A stretch of 64,000 nt of DNA from an uncultured Planctomycetota bacterium (GCA_963719315.1 CAVRBU010000004.1:448001-512000), one strand, 5' to 3'. Shown: positions 19,309-31,500, counted from the first letter of the stretch. The notes: a model not told the origin generated them from the letters alone. Numbers and translations: made by a program.

Positions 19309-22300
19309 GTGATTTCCCTAGCCGCTCGAATTCGTCTCAGACTCGCGGCTTTTTCGCTTGTGGCACTTCTTTGCTCCGAGGTCCAGGCCCTCAACATTTG
19401 GGACGGCGGCGGCAGCAACGACAATTGGACCACCGGAGCGAACTGGTTCGGGTTCATGAGCCCCGGCACCGCGCCTCCCAACAACGGAACGGCAGATATC
19501 GTATTTCCGGCCTCGGGCGGGCTCGTGCAAACGCCCATCGTCAATGTTCCTTACAGCATCAAATCGTTGACGTTTGGTGATGGCGACGGGCGATTCGTGA
19601 TCCTTGGGGCCGAGGAGCTGACAATCGGCACCGGCGGCATCACCAATAATGATGCGGACATTCAATTCGTGATTGGCCCGGTGAAGCTGTCCGCCAACCA
19701 GACGTGGAACGCTGCCGCCGGCCCGCTGCAGATGGACGCCGTCAACTTGAACAGCTTCCACCTAGTCCTTTCTCCCGCATCGCCGATTGACCTGCCCGGC
19801 GCAATCGTCGGCAGCGGCGAAATAGAGATTACGTTCAATCCATCCACGGTGACCATGTCCGAGGGAACCAGCAACACGTATTCCGGCGCCACCACAGTCC
19901 GAACCGGCACGCTCGTACTGCAAAAAAGTGGCGGCGCGACGGCTGTGCCGAGGAATTTATTCATCGGCAGCGGCGCGACTGTGCGACTAGGCGCGAACGA
20001 GCAGATTTCGCACGCGCCTGGCAACGTCGTTTCGCTAGGCGGCTTCGGTGCACTCTTGGACCTTAACAACCACACGGAGACAATTGCATCCCTCGAAGTT
20101 GGCAATAATGGCAGCGTCACGGTCGGCACTGGATTTCTGGGTTTGCTGAAGATCGGCGAAAGTCTTCAGGTGGTCAACGACGGAACTATCACTGGAAACC
20201 TTAGCCTGGGCGATGTTACAGCGACGGTTGCGTCCGGTGGAGAGATTACTGCCACCAGCACGGTCACTATCGGCGAAGTGGGCAATGGATCGCTCGATAT
20301 CAGCACCGGTGGCCACGTGAGCGATTACGACGGCACAATCGGCAATCAATCCGGGTCGACTGGCGCGGTTACTGTCGATGGCGCCAGCGCGAGTTGGACC
20401 AACAACGGACTCCTGTACGTTGGCTACGAGGGCTCCGGCACGCTCAACATTCTGGCCGGCGCAGACGTCTTCGCTGGCGCTGGCGGTGTTGCCCACAGTT
20501 CTGTCGGCAGGAGAAACGGTTCTTCGGGCGTGGTCACAGTTAACGGCATGGGGTCGACTTGGAGTACGACCGGAGAACTTACAATTGGTTACGACAATAG
20601 CACGGGTGGCGGCGGCACCGCCACGGTCAATATCGAGAATAATGCTGCCGTCACCGTCGGCAATGGAACGCATGTCGGTCGCACCAGCCAGATCAACGTG
20701 AGCAGCGGCGGCTCGTTCGACACCAACGGACCTCTGACGATCGACGGTGGCTCGTTGACGGCCGACACAAGTGCCACCGTTGAGATTGGCGGGGGGATCA
20801 TGCAAAACGGCGCGACCGTCACGCTGCAGAACCAATCGGAGCTCACCGAGACCAGTTCGTTCTCTATGCAAAGCGGCGTCGTGATGCATGTGAATTCTGG
20901 TGCCCTCTATAACACAAGCTTCACCGTTGTCGGCACGACGCCAGGTCCTGCAGCCGAGTTGATCATTGACGGCACCGATACGCGTGTAACTTCTACGTCT
21001 TGCTGCATTGACGTTGGCAATGGAGGCACGGGCATCATGACCGTCACTGGCGGTGCGCGCGTCGAGACGCCCACTGGCGCTATCGGCAGCTTTGGTCCCG
21101 GCTCCGTCGGAACGGTAATCCTGGACGGGACGGATGTCGACGGAAACCCGTCGACCTGGTCCATCTCCGAATTGAATATGGGATTGCACGCCACGAGCCA
21201 AGGAACGCTCCGGGTTCGAAATGGCGCACTCTTTCGTACGACGTCGCCGATATCCGGCCTGAACGTGGGCACTCCTGGCACCGCATCGGTGTTTGTCGAC
21301 GGATCCGCTGGATCGGGAAATCCATCCCTATTGGACGTGAGTGTCTTGCGGATCGGCACGAGTCCTAGCTACGGAAACGGAGCGGGCGACGTGACGGCCT
21401 CAAACGGCGGCAGAATTCAAACCGGAAACCTGGAGTTGGCGCCCACGGGCGGATCGGCCCAGCTGACGATTAGGGATCCCGACTCGACGCTCGTTCAAAG
21501 TGGCGCATCGACCATCACCGTGGGCCATGCCACGGAGGGTATGGCGGCGCTCAACGTTCAGAATGACGGCACTTTTATCACCGGTACCGGAGCGGTGAAC
21601 GTCAATGCCACGGGGCGGGTCAATCTCGAATCCGGCGCGGTCTTTGATGCCCACGGACCGATTAATATGAACGGCGGGCAATTCAATTTCCTGGGCGGCA
21701 CGCTTCACGTCGACAATTTCAACGGCAATCTGCTCAATCAAGGAGGCACACTCGCGCCCGGCCATTCCGCCGGCGCGACGGCTATTTCCGGTAACTACAC
21801 CCAACTCGCCGCCGCTACGCTCCAGATCGAAATCGGTGGCGTGCTTCCGGGCGAGTGGGACACGCTCACCGGCGCCGGCAACGCGATTTTGGCTGGCACG
21901 ATTAAAGTCGTGCTGCTCAATGGTTTTCAGCCGGTCCTCGGCAATTCCTTTACGATCATCACGACAAACGTTGGCAATGTCGGCGGCCAGTTCGACATGG
22001 AATTGCTCCCAATATCCAATGGCTTGACCTTCGACGTGATCTACAATCCGAAAAGCGTTGTCCTTCAGGTAATCGAGGTCACCACGCTGCCCGGGGACTA
22101 CAACCACAACGGCGTCGTCGACGCGGCCGACTACGTCGTGTGGCGCAAGGGGCTGGGTACGAGTTACACGCAGAGCGACTACGACATCTGGCGATCGCAC
22201 TTCGGGCAAACCGCCGGTTCGGGCGGCGGCGGATTGGGCGGCGGCGAGGCGTTTGCGACAACCTCCGCCGTGCCGGAGCCAGCGTCATGGTTGATGCTGC

Positions 22301-22344
22301 TGATCGTCGCGATGACGGTCGCCGTCGCGAAGCGGCGCAAATAG
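19309..22344 (+). CDS. Large secreted PEP-CTERM protein with autotransporter-associated beta-strand and T5SS/PEP-CTERM-type repeats
   Basis: GGAGG-GTG, signal peptide, WDGGGSNDNWTTGANW, NTYSGATTVRTGTLVL, GxVTVDGxxSxW repeats, dockerin-like module, VPEPASWLMLL...KRRK. Confidence 0.87.
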   Translation: MISLAARIRLRLAAFSLVALLCSEVQALNIWDGGGSNDNWTTGANWFGFMSPGTAPPNNGTADIVFPASGGLVQTPIVNVPYSIKSLTFGDGDGRFVILGAEELTIGTGGITNNDADIQFVIGPVKLSANQTWNAAAGPLQMDAVNLNSFHLVLSPASPIDLPGAIVGSGEIEITFNPSTVTMSEGTSNTYSGATTVRTGTLVLQKSGGATAVPRNLFIGSGATVRLGANEQISHAPGNVVSLGGFGALLDLNNHTETIASLEVGNNGSVTVGTGFLGLLKIGESLQVVNDGTITGNLSLGDVTATVASGGEITATSTVTIGEVGNGSLDISTGGHVSDYDGTIGNQSGSTGAVTVDGASASWTNNGLLYVGYEGSGTLNILAGADVFAGAGGVAHSSVGRRNGSSGVVTVNGMGSTWSTTGELTIGYDNSTGGGGTATVNIENNAAVTVGNGTHVGRTSQINVSSGGSFDTNGPLTIDGGSLTADTSATVEIGGGIMQNGATVTLQNQSELTETSSFSMQSGVVMHVNSGALYNTSFTVVGTTPGPAAELIIDGTDTRVTSTSCCIDVGNGGTGIMTVTGGARVETPTGAIGSFGPGSVGTVILDGTDVDGNPSTWSISELNMGLHATSQGTLRVRNGALFRTTSPISGLNVGTPGTASVFVDGSAGSGNPSLLDVSVLRIGTSPSYGNGAGDVTASNGGRIQTGNLELAPTGGSAQLTIRDPDSTLVQSGASTITVGHATEGMAALNVQNDGTFITGTGAVNVNATGRVNLESGAVFDAHGPINMNGGQFNFLGGTLHVDNFNGNLLNQGGTLAPGHSAGATAISGNYTQLAAATLQIEIGGVLPGEWDTLTGAGNAILAGTIKVVLLNGFQPVLGNSFTIITTNVGNVGGQFDMELLPISNGLTFDVIYNPKSVVLQVIEVTTLPGDYNHNGVVDAADYVVWRKGLGTSYTQSDYDIWRSHFGQTAGSGGGGLGGGEAFATTSAVPEPASWLMLLIVAMTVAVAKRRK

Positions 22345-22708
22345 CCCCATTGGGGCCGGATCACGCCCAATTCTTTTTTAATCTCAACACGCCCGCCGCC
22401 AATTCGCGACATACTTACCGATCGGGCGATTTTTTGGGTTGTTTATGACTCTAGCCGGGAGTAGGGTGCGATCTGATGAGCGCGTGACCCCGCGATGGGC
22501 GCCGCCGCGTTTCACTTCGTCAGGAGACTCTTCCGCCGCCACGCCGTGCGGCACGGCACCACACAATTCAGAACTTGGGAGCACATCAGCGACTCACCTT
22601 TGTCTGCGTGGCCAGCGCATTCTTGCGCACGGTCGCCGTTACGTTGATCGTGCCCCTCGTCATAACGCCGCGAGCACAAGCGGTCGACTATTTGCAGGAC
22701 GGAGAACC

Positions 22709-23965
22709 ATGAACCGGCGTAACCCTGATCGATGCGACTGTACGACGCCCTACCGGAAGTCGTTGACAAGAGCGGCCACTGTGTTTGCGGCGGCTGGCGT
22801 AGCGCTCGCGTGTGGGACGACCGGCCCAGTTGCGTTTGCCGTTGAGATCATGGCCGCCGCCCAGGTGCTTGCCGAAACCGATCTAGGCCTTTTCAATGAA
22901 ATTGACAGCCATACCGTCCCCGACCCGGTCAGTCCAGTTTCAGCCAGCAAGCAAGGCGGCATCGGTGTTCTGGGTGGTGTCGCGCATGCCACTACGGGGC
23001 TCGGGTGGATCCGGCTCAATGCCTTTTCCGACTCCGTCGTCTCGCCGGTTTACGCAAGCGGATACCTCGATACCCTCGCGGTCGGCGAATTCGTGGACGA
23101 AATCACCATCACTCCCGCCAACCCAGCGCTGCTCAATCAATCGGGCGCGGCCACCTTTGCCTATCATGTGGACGGTTTCGCATCGAGAGGCGAGGGCGGA
23201 AGTGGCGTTCAAGCGGGGGTGAATTCGCCAAACCCTGGTCTTGGTACTCTTTTTGCGAACAACTTCTATGGGGACGCATTCGGCACGTACATCGACGACA
23301 CGCGCCAGTTTACACAACCCGTCACCTTTGGGCAGCCGTTTGAACTTCGCGTCTTTATGTTCGGTCGTGCCCGGGTTGAAGTCAATGGTGCGTTCGACCT
23401 CGCCACGTTCGCCGAGGTCGATCTCGGCAACGCGCTCGAATGGATGGGAGCGCTGGAGGTCGTCGATCAGTCGCAGACGGAAGTAATCGACTACGTCATG
23501 ACGTCGGCCAGTGGGACGGATTACCGAAATGCCATCAACGCCCCGATCGACCCCGAACCGATTCCCGGCGACTACAACGACAACGGCGTGGTCGACGCCG
23601 CCGATTATGTTTTGTGGCGCAAAGGTGGCCCGCTCGCCAATGAAGTCGATAATCCCGGCACGGTAAACGCCGCCGACTACACCGAGTGGAGGGCGCGCTT
23701 CGGAAACCCCGGCAGCGGCAGCGGCTCGGGTGCCACCGCGAATGCCGCCGTGCCAGAGCCGGCGAGCTTGGTGCTGCTGATGTGTGCGGCGGCTGGCTGG
23801 TTTTTCCGGCGACGCCGGGCCACCCCTAGTATGCTCCAACAACTCATTAACGCGGTGGCACTATCAACAATCCACACTCGTGGCACACCCACAGGCTGCT
23901 GGTCACAGACGTGCCGGAACCAATCGGGCACCCGTTTTTTTCGGTACCCGCAAAGTGCGTTGTAA
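22709..23965 (+). CDS. Secreted PEP-CTERM protein of unknown function
   Basis: GGAGA-ATG, signal region, SASGTDY, PGDYNDNGVVDAADYVLWRK, VPEPASLVLL...RRRR; extended C-terminus after the basic tail. Confidence 0.8.
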   Translation: MNRRNPDRCDCTTPYRKSLTRAATVFAAAGVALACGTTGPVAFAVEIMAAAQVLAETDLGLFNEIDSHTVPDPVSPVSASKQGGIGVLGGVAHATTGLGWIRLNAFSDSVVSPVYASGYLDTLAVGEFVDEITITPANPALLNQSGAATFAYHVDGFASRGEGGSGVQAGVNSPNPGLGTLFANNFYGDAFGTYIDDTRQFTQPVTFGQPFELRVFMFGRARVEVNGAFDLATFAEVDLGNALEWMGALEVVDQSQTEVIDYVMTSASGTDYRNAINAPIDPEPIPGDYNDNGVVDAADYVLWRKGGPLANEVDNPGTVNAADYTEWRARFGNPGSGSGSGATANAAVPEPASLVLLMCAAAGWFFRRRRATPSMLQQLINAVALSTIHTRGTPTGCWSQTCRNQSGTRFFRYPQSAL

Positions 23966-24052
23966 AACGGACGTGACTCGCTAGTCTGGAGCAATTGTCG
24001 CCGACGGTGCGGAGCGTAGCCCGTTATTTTACACAAAACCGGAGGACAACCG

Positions 24053-25001
24053 ATGGACTGGCCGACAAAACTCGCAGCCACGGCGACCATCCTTGTCGTG
24101 CCTTTAGGCATGACCACCGCGGCCACGCCGAGTGCAAGGGCAGACCTAATTGCCTACGGACGACGGCGATGTCTTGTGGTTCAGCTTCCTCTTCAATCGC
24201 TCCAGTGATACAGCCCCCGACATCCACTTCTACTTCGTCGGCAACGGCGGCCTGAACAGCGGGATGGGGGTGTTCCTCAACACATCCAACCAAATTGCAG
24301 CGCGGATCAATGCGCAAACCGGCGGGCATATGGTTTTCTCTCTCGGCGAAAATCACTTCGTGGTGGGCCGAATCACATTCTCCAACGACCAGGACGAGGT
24401 ACGATTCTGGCTCGATCCGGAGTTGGATCAGGTCCCGCTTGACACCGCCTCGAATAGCGGCGCGTCGAGCGCGGCAGTGAATCCGGCGAGTTGGAACAAC
24501 GTTTACCTGCGTCATGTCGGTTTAGCGGCACACAAGATCGACGAAATTCGCTTAGAAACAGACTTCTTCTCCGTGGCACCGTCGGTCGCCGCGCGGGAAC
24601 TCCCCGGCGACTACAACGGCAACGGCGTGGTCGACGCGGCCGATTTCATCGTCTGGCGAAAAAACGTCGGCGCCGCAACACTTAACAACCGCGACCCAAA
24701 CGGCATGGGTGTCGTTGGCCCGGCCGACTACGACTTCTGGCGGTCGCACTTCGGGCAAACCGCCGGTTCCGGCGGCGGCGGATTGGGCGGCGGCGATGCG
24801 TTTGCGACAACCTCCGCCGTGCCGGAGCCGAACGCGATTTGGCTCGTCGCAATCGGGGCGGTGGCCGCTTTCTCCAGTAGTGGCGGGCGGCGTTTGTCGC
24901 GATCGAACTTCGCGATTTGCGCAGAAGTTTCTCGCCTCTGCGATTTGCCGCGCACTTGTTCGCGACCTGGTTGCGAAGTTTCTGGTAGAATGATCCGGTA
25001 G
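24053..25001 (+). pseudogene. PEP-CTERM gene with an apparent internal deletion or frameshift near 24158
   Basis: GGAGG-ATG, MDWPTKLAATATILVVPLG...ARADLIAY then out-of-frame TDDGDVLWFSFLF...IDEIRL, dockerin-like module, VPEPNAIW. Confidence 0.65.
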
Positions 25002-25036
25002 TGAACAAGTTGGGGCTCCGCGCGCCTGGAACACGA

Positions 25037-27401
25037 ATGCGGCGATTTTCTCGGTTGGTGCTTCTGATTGCCTGTGGGTTCTGGTTCGCAGTGCGCGCAG
25101 GCGGCCGTGAGCTCCGTTTCCGCCTGGGACGCCGCCGACTTTCGCATTTGGGGTTACATCCCCTATTGGGCCACAACGACGCAGATCAATAATTTTGCCA
25201 CGAACGGCATGTACACGCACGTGTCCGACGTGCTGTACTTCGGCGGGTTGCGCCCGGACGCCAGCGGCAACATCACGTACGCGTATTCGTCGTATCAGAC
25301 TCAATTCAACACGATCCGGTCGCAGGCCGCGACGAATGGTTTCAAGCTGCACCTCAGCATGTTCGAAGTGACGAACGGGCAAACGGATGCGACGTGGGAA
25401 TCGATTATCGCGAACCCCGCCTACCGGGCCAATTTCGTCAATCAACTCAAGACGATCATGCAGGGCGGCGCCGGCACGGCCGATGACCTGAAGGGTTTTA
25501 ATTTCGACTGGGAACGGCCGTCGAACGCCACCGAGTGGGGCAACTACACGCAGTTGGCCAGGGAGCTGGGCAACGCGATCCATCCGCTGGGAATGGAAGT
25601 CTCCGTGTGCGACTACGGCTATCCGGATAGCACGTGGGACGACACCGCGCTGTTTGATGCGAATGTCTACGACCAGCTATTCATCATGGGGTACATGTAC
25701 ACGGCCGCGCAAAACAGTTCGTATGCGACTCTGCACGACAATCTAACGGGCCAAGGCCCCAACAAAGCGTTCCACGACAGCCAAATTGCCATCGGCGTGG
25801 GCACCTGGGCCTCGGGGCCGAGCACGATCGGCCTGAGCAGCATCGTCGCGGCCAACCCGAACCTGGCCTACGACGCCGGTTCCTACACGGGCACGATTGG
25901 CAGCAAGTCTGGTACGTGGAGCTTCGAGAGCCGCAAGCAGGTCCGAGAGAAAACGCAAGTTGCGCTCGATCGCAATATGCAGGGCATGTTTAGCTGGACG
26001 CTGCACTACGATCCCACGAACAACCTTGGGTTGAACCGAGTGATGCACCACTACGCGGTGGTGAAACGCAACGCTCCCGACTTGAATCTCGACGGCAAAG
26101 TCAACGCGACCGATGCCACCACGCTGGCCAACAACATGGGCAAATCGTATACGAACACGGGCACGGCGACGGCAGCCCAGTTCGATGCGTTTTATCTGGC
26201 CGGCAACTGGGAGCAGGGCGACCACGACGGCAACGGCTTCGTGAATCAGGCCGACGCCGATTGGCTGGCCGGGCGGTACGCGGCGCTCGGCGTCACACTG
26301 CCCGATCGCTTGGCGTATTCGGGCACGTTCGAAAACTTTTCGAACTCCGTGGGCGTGCTCGGTCGTTGGAAGGCGGGCCGCAACGCCCAAAACAACCTGG
26401 TCGAAACCGGCAACTTCACGCAGAACGGCAGCAACTATTTGAGCTGGAGCGGCGCCGGCGCCGGCGCAACGCGGCGGAGCAATTCGTTTGTCACGCTGCG
26501 CAATCAAAATGCCGCGGAGACGGCGGCTGGCGTCAATTCGCAAGCGCGCACGATGCAAGCCGATTTGTCGACGAATATCGACCTCGGGCAAGATCAAGAC
26601 ACTTACGTGACGTTTCTGGTACGGGAAAACACGGCGACCCTATCCGCGGCGCAACTGGCGTCGGCCAATCGGACGTTGTCGCTCGACTTTTTGAATAGCT
26701 CGGGCGGCACACAATTCAATTTTGAATTCTGCGGCTTGCAGCAGCAGTTTGGGATCAACAGCGTGGCGGATACGACCGGGCAGGACGTGATTTCGGCCGG
26801 CAGATTCGCAGCCAACGCAACGTATTTGTTCGTCGGCAAGATTTCCGGCAACGGCAGCGGAGCGAACCAGTTACAGGCGTCCCTCTTTGCCAATGGGGCG
26901 ATCGTCGCGGATTTCACTAACCCGGAATTCCCATGGATGCTCACGGCTCAAGGCAGCGCGAACTACAACCCGATTATCACCGATCTGCAATTAACAAACA
27001 GTGCGGAAGCCAACTATACCGCTAGCAACGTGTGGATCGGCAATGCGGCCGCCATCGTGCCCCCGACGCTTACGTCGCAGGGCGACTTCAACCAAGACGG
27101 CGTCGTGGATAGCCGCGACTACGTTCAGTGGCGAAACTCAATGGGGCAGACAGGCACGGCCCTGGCGGCCGACGGGAACGGCAACAACCAAATAGAGATG
27201 GGCGACTACAATGTCTGGCGCGCACATTTTGGCCAGGCGGTCTTGGCAAGCGGCGAAGCACTAGGTCCGGCCGCCGCCGTTCCGGAGCCGGCGACGCTGC
27301 TGCTGGCATTCGCCGGAGGATTTACGGGACTGGCAGTGGCCCGCGGCCGCAGAGTTAAGGTTTTCGCAATGAAGCGATGCTTGGGGACGAGAGTTTCATG
27401 A
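25037..27401 (+). CDS. GH18 (chitinase-like) glycoside hydrolase with dockerin-like modules and PEP-CTERM (frameshift near 25095)
   Basis: WGYIPYW, LHLSM, RANFV, KGFNFDWE (catalytic DxE), FIMGY, GMFSWTLHYD; signal peptide in the neighbouring frame; VPEPATLLLAF. Confidence 0.8.
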
Positions 27402-28525
27402 TGGTATCGCTGGGGCCAAGTGCCGCATGGGCACGCATAATTCGGCGGCAATTGCCGGCGGCCTTCGGCGCGCTAGCGGTCCTCTGCTGCACGATGCCTG
27501 TCGGCGCAGTCACGTACATCCAGGGCATCGACGTGTACAGCGGCGACGGCGTCGTGAATTGGACGACCGTGAAAAACGGCGGCTACCAATTCGCGTTTGT
27601 GAAAGCGACCGAGGGTGTCAATTTCGTCGATTCCAAGTTTGCGGCGAACATGCAAAACGCCCACAACGCTGGCGTGTACGTCGGGCCGTATCATTTCTGT
27701 CGTGTGGACAGCAAGAATGGCGTGCCGTTTACGAGCTACAATGGCCAGCCGTTCGCGGTCGGCTCCGATCCGTGGCTGGACGCGACCAGCGAAGCGGTGG
27801 ACTTCATCGAGGCGATCCGGCCGTATTATTTGTCGGGGAGTTACTTGCCGCCGGTCGCGGATGTCGAAGGTTTGCCCGATTTCAACAGTACGTCGCTCGA
27901 AAAAACCTTCATTTCCAATTGGGTGCAATTGTTTTCCGATACGGTCAATGCAGCGCTGGGCGTGCGGCCGATGATTTACACCAGCAAGTCGGGGGCGAAC
28001 ACGTACTACACGCCATCCGTGGCCGGGTCTCATAAGTTGTGGGAAGCCTGGTGGAAGGGGACGGGCACGACCTCGCCGCCGCTGCCATCGGACACGCCTC
28101 TTTGGAACCCATGGACGTTCTGGCAATGGTCGGCAACGGGAAGCGTCGCCGGCGTGCCCGGAAGCGGCGCCAATCATGACTGCGACAAGGACGTGTTCTA
28201 CGGAACAGCGTCGCAACTCACTTCGCTACTCGTGCATAACGTGCCGGGCGACTACAACCACAATGGCGTGGTCGATATGGGCGACTACGTGGTATGGCGC
28301 AACACAATGGGTTCCACGGTGAACCTCGGCGCCGACGGGAACGGCAACAGCATCATCGATTCGGGCGATTTCAGTTTCTGGCGCGCCCGCTTTGGCCAAA
28401 CCGCCGGCAGCGGTAGCTCGTTGGAAGGCTTTCTTTCGGAAGGTCCCGTGCCGGAACCAGCGAGTTCGGTGATGTTCGTGGTGGGATTTGCAATGGGCGT
28501 GGCGTTGCGGCGGCGCCGCGACTAG
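27398..28525 (+). CDS. GH25 muramidase (lysozyme) with dockerin-like module and PEP-CTERM
   Basis: GIDV, FAFVKATEG, GPYHF, PPVADVE (DxE), WTFWQWS, DKDVF; ATGA overlap with the GH18 stop; VPEP-TM-RRRRD. Confidence 0.9.
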   Translation: MMVSLGPSAAWARIIRRQLPAAFGALAVLCCTMPVGAVTYIQGIDVYSGDGVVNWTTVKNGGYQFAFVKATEGVNFVDSKFAANMQNAHNAGVYVGPYHFCRVDSKNGVPFTSYNGQPFAVGSDPWLDATSEAVDFIEAIRPYYLSGSYLPPVADVEGLPDFNSTSLEKTFISNWVQLFSDTVNAALGVRPMIYTSKSGANTYYTPSVAGSHKLWEAWWKGTGTTSPPLPSDTPLWNPWTFWQWSATGSVAGVPGSGANHDCDKDVFYGTASQLTSLLVHNVPGDYNHNGVVDMGDYVVWRNTMGSTVNLGADGNGNSIIDSGDFSFWRARFGQTAGSGSSLEGFLSEGPVPEPASSVMFVVGFAMGVALRRRRD

Positions 28526-28567
28526 TGAGAGACGAAAAAAACACGCACCACAAATGTGAGACGCGCC

Positions 28568-31500
28568 CTACGCTTCCCAGTGCTTGAGCTGTTCCACGAC
28601 GCGGAGCACGTCGTCGCGTCGTTTTTCGAACAGGCCGAACAGGGCGATGATCAGTGCGCCGGTCACGATGCCGGCGATCCACCAGATCCACGTGTGCCCT
28701 TCCGCCGCGTGCCAGATGATCGTCATCAGGGCGATGATCAGAAACGCGGTGCCCAAGTAGAGAAACGCACGCACGCGGAGCAGGATGCCGGCCAGCACGC
28801 CGAGAATCGACAGGCCCGCCAGCACGCCGGGCAGCCAGGGCGCTTCGGCAACGCCGTTGATGAAAATGTCGGCCGTCGATGAGACGTAGATCACGATCGC
28901 GGATGCATAGCGGAGGGCGGCCGATTGCTGCGTCGTGAGCCGTTCGCGGTTGATGTATCCGGCCGCGAGCCCGCAGAGCGCCGGTGGAATCAGCCACAGT
29001 TGCGGGTGCTGGGTGAGGTCGAGGCCGTCTCGTTGATGGAGGAAGTACCACAGGCTGCCGTTGGCGGCCACGGCTGCCAACATGCCGTACAAGAACGACC
29101 CCCGCAATACGCTGAGCCCGGCGTACAGCACGCCGATCGAGAGCAGAATAAGCGAGTAGTGCACCTCGCTCGACATCACCCAGAATCCGAGTGCTGGCAA
29201 GAGCGGCAGAATCGCGCCGGTTGTTTCGAGGGGTTCGGAAAGCACGCGTTGCTTGCGGCGTTGAAATACTTCGCCCAAGCCGACGCCCACGAACGCGATC
29301 GCCATCACCACCAGCGGCCAGAAACGCAGGAACCAGCCGCTGAACAGCCAGGGCATCGTGACGCGGATGTGCAAGAAGAGGAGCGCACCGAGCCCTTCGG
29401 CCGCGTAGACGTACAATGTGCGGCCGCGTTCGCTCAGGCCAAGCGGATCGCGCCCCGGCACCAGCGCGGCCACGAGGGCAGCGACTGCCAACCCGGCGAG
29501 CGCGACGATGACGGCAATCAGCGCCGCCGGCACGATCGGCACTTCGCCGCGCTCGAAATACGCGGTCACTTCAATGCCTAGCACGACGAACATCAGTCCA
29601 ACCGCCAAACCGGCAAGCGCGGGCACGAGTCGCCCGGCGGCGCGGGTCCATTCGTTCTCACGCCGCAAGAATTTCACGAGGCCGAACCCGTATACCACGA
29701 CGACCGCAGCCAATGCGGCAACGGTGACGACCAGCCGATGCAGCCAGGGCGCCGCGAAATCGGGCGGAACCCAGGCCCAGCCAAACGCCACGGCAAACAG
29801 TACGCCCCACACGAGCGCCAGATATTGCAACGAAGTCCGCACCGCGCCGCGGGCGAGCAGGCCGAGTGCGATCGCTTGCGCGCCGATTGCATACGCCGCG
29901 ACCATTCGTTGCGTGAAGCCGGCCATCGTCTGCTCGATCCATGTCACCAACAACAGGACACCGATGCCGATGAGAAAATTGGCCGATACGAGCCAGCCGT
30001 GGCCGCCGCCCGCCCACGTAGCCGCGTCTCTCCGAGATTCGGAATTGGCTGCCTCGGAGAGACTGCCCCACGCGATTGTCGACACACCCAAGCGCGAGGC
30101 CACGCTCCGCAGCCGATGGCGCATGCTCCATAGGCCGCTCGTCGCCAACAAGTACGCAGCCAGCGCGTTGGCCAGTGCCCAGTGAAACAGCGGCGCGTGA
30201 AGGTCGAGGCCATCGAGGTACAAGCCGACCGCAATGAGGCCGACACAATAGAGGCACGCCACGGGCCAACGGATGGCCGGATCCCAGAGGCACGCGGCGG
30301 CCACTACCGCGGCGGCGAGCCAAGCCGCCCACGCAAGCGGTAAGTTGACGGCAAAGGATTTGTTCATCAAATCGGCGATGAGGCCGCCGCCCGTGGTTAG
30401 CAGGAGCGTTGCGACAATCGCCCAAGCGGCGAAGCGATGAAATGCGATGCCGCGAGGCGGCGGTGCGGTCGGCTCGCGCGCGAATCTTCGGCGTTCGATC
30501 CAAATGCTGATCACGGCCAGTGCGGCAACGGCCAAAGCATCAACCCAAATAAACGCGAAGAATTCGCCTATGCCGCGCATGGCGGCGGTTTTCTTGAGTA
30601 AGTCGAGCCACCAAATGCTCGTCGCCGACACAAAGAGCACCGCCGCAAGCCACACAAACCCGCGCCGCCCTTCGCGCCACGCAATTGCGATCTGTCGCGC
30701 ACCGATGACGGCCAATCCGCCAACAACCCACCAGGAAGCGCGGGTGCCATATTCCCAAAAAGCCAACCCCACGGCGGCGATATCGAATGCGCGAATGGAC
30801 CACGCGGACCACACATAATTAGATTGGCCCGCAGCGGGTCCTGCCAATAGCCAATTAGCGCCCCGCGTGGCGATTGGTACGAGCCAGGCCGCGATGCAAC
30901 AGCCGGCCAACAGCGTGTGATAGGCGAGCACATCCCGGCCGCTCTGTCGCAACACGGTGAGGGCGAGCATGCTCGCGAGCGCGGCGGCAAACGTCGCCAC
31001 AAAAGTCTGGCTGGTAATTCGCCGCCCATTTAGCCACACCGCCGCCGCCGTGGCCAAACCAATTGCAGTCCAACCAATCGGCCGGCCAGCCGCCGCGACC
31101 CAATTCGCTACGGGATTGAGATGCGATCCGGCAATCGCCAGCCGCACCGTGACCGGAATGAGAAACGTACCACACAGCGCCGCGGCCAGCGCGACCTGCG
31201 CTACGAGTAGGAAGGGCCAACGACCAGACCGGGCGACAAGGAAACCAGGAGACAAGGAGACTTGAAGCTTGCCGCTTTCCGATTCGTACGATTCTCGTTC
31301 CGTTTGTGGGTTGGTACTTTGCCAATACCATACGATGGCAGTCTGCCAAATAAGCCCCACCACGCCAGCGACGATCGCGTTCACTTGCGAAACGCTGATC
31401 CAGGCAACGCCATCCAACCCCCCGCCACCGCGCACCAGCCGCAACAGCAAGACGATAGTGGCCACGATGTTGAACAACCAGCCGGCCGCGAACGCAAAGG

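Noticed and set aside
22681..22696. Sigma-54-like motif CGGTCGACTATTTGCA
   Set aside because: The implied TSS would fall downstream of the RBS, at the start codon.
22176..24829. Diversity-generating retroelement TR/VR pair
   Set aside because: No reverse transcriptase in the window; only 4 mismatches, not confined to adenines; both copies are coding tails.
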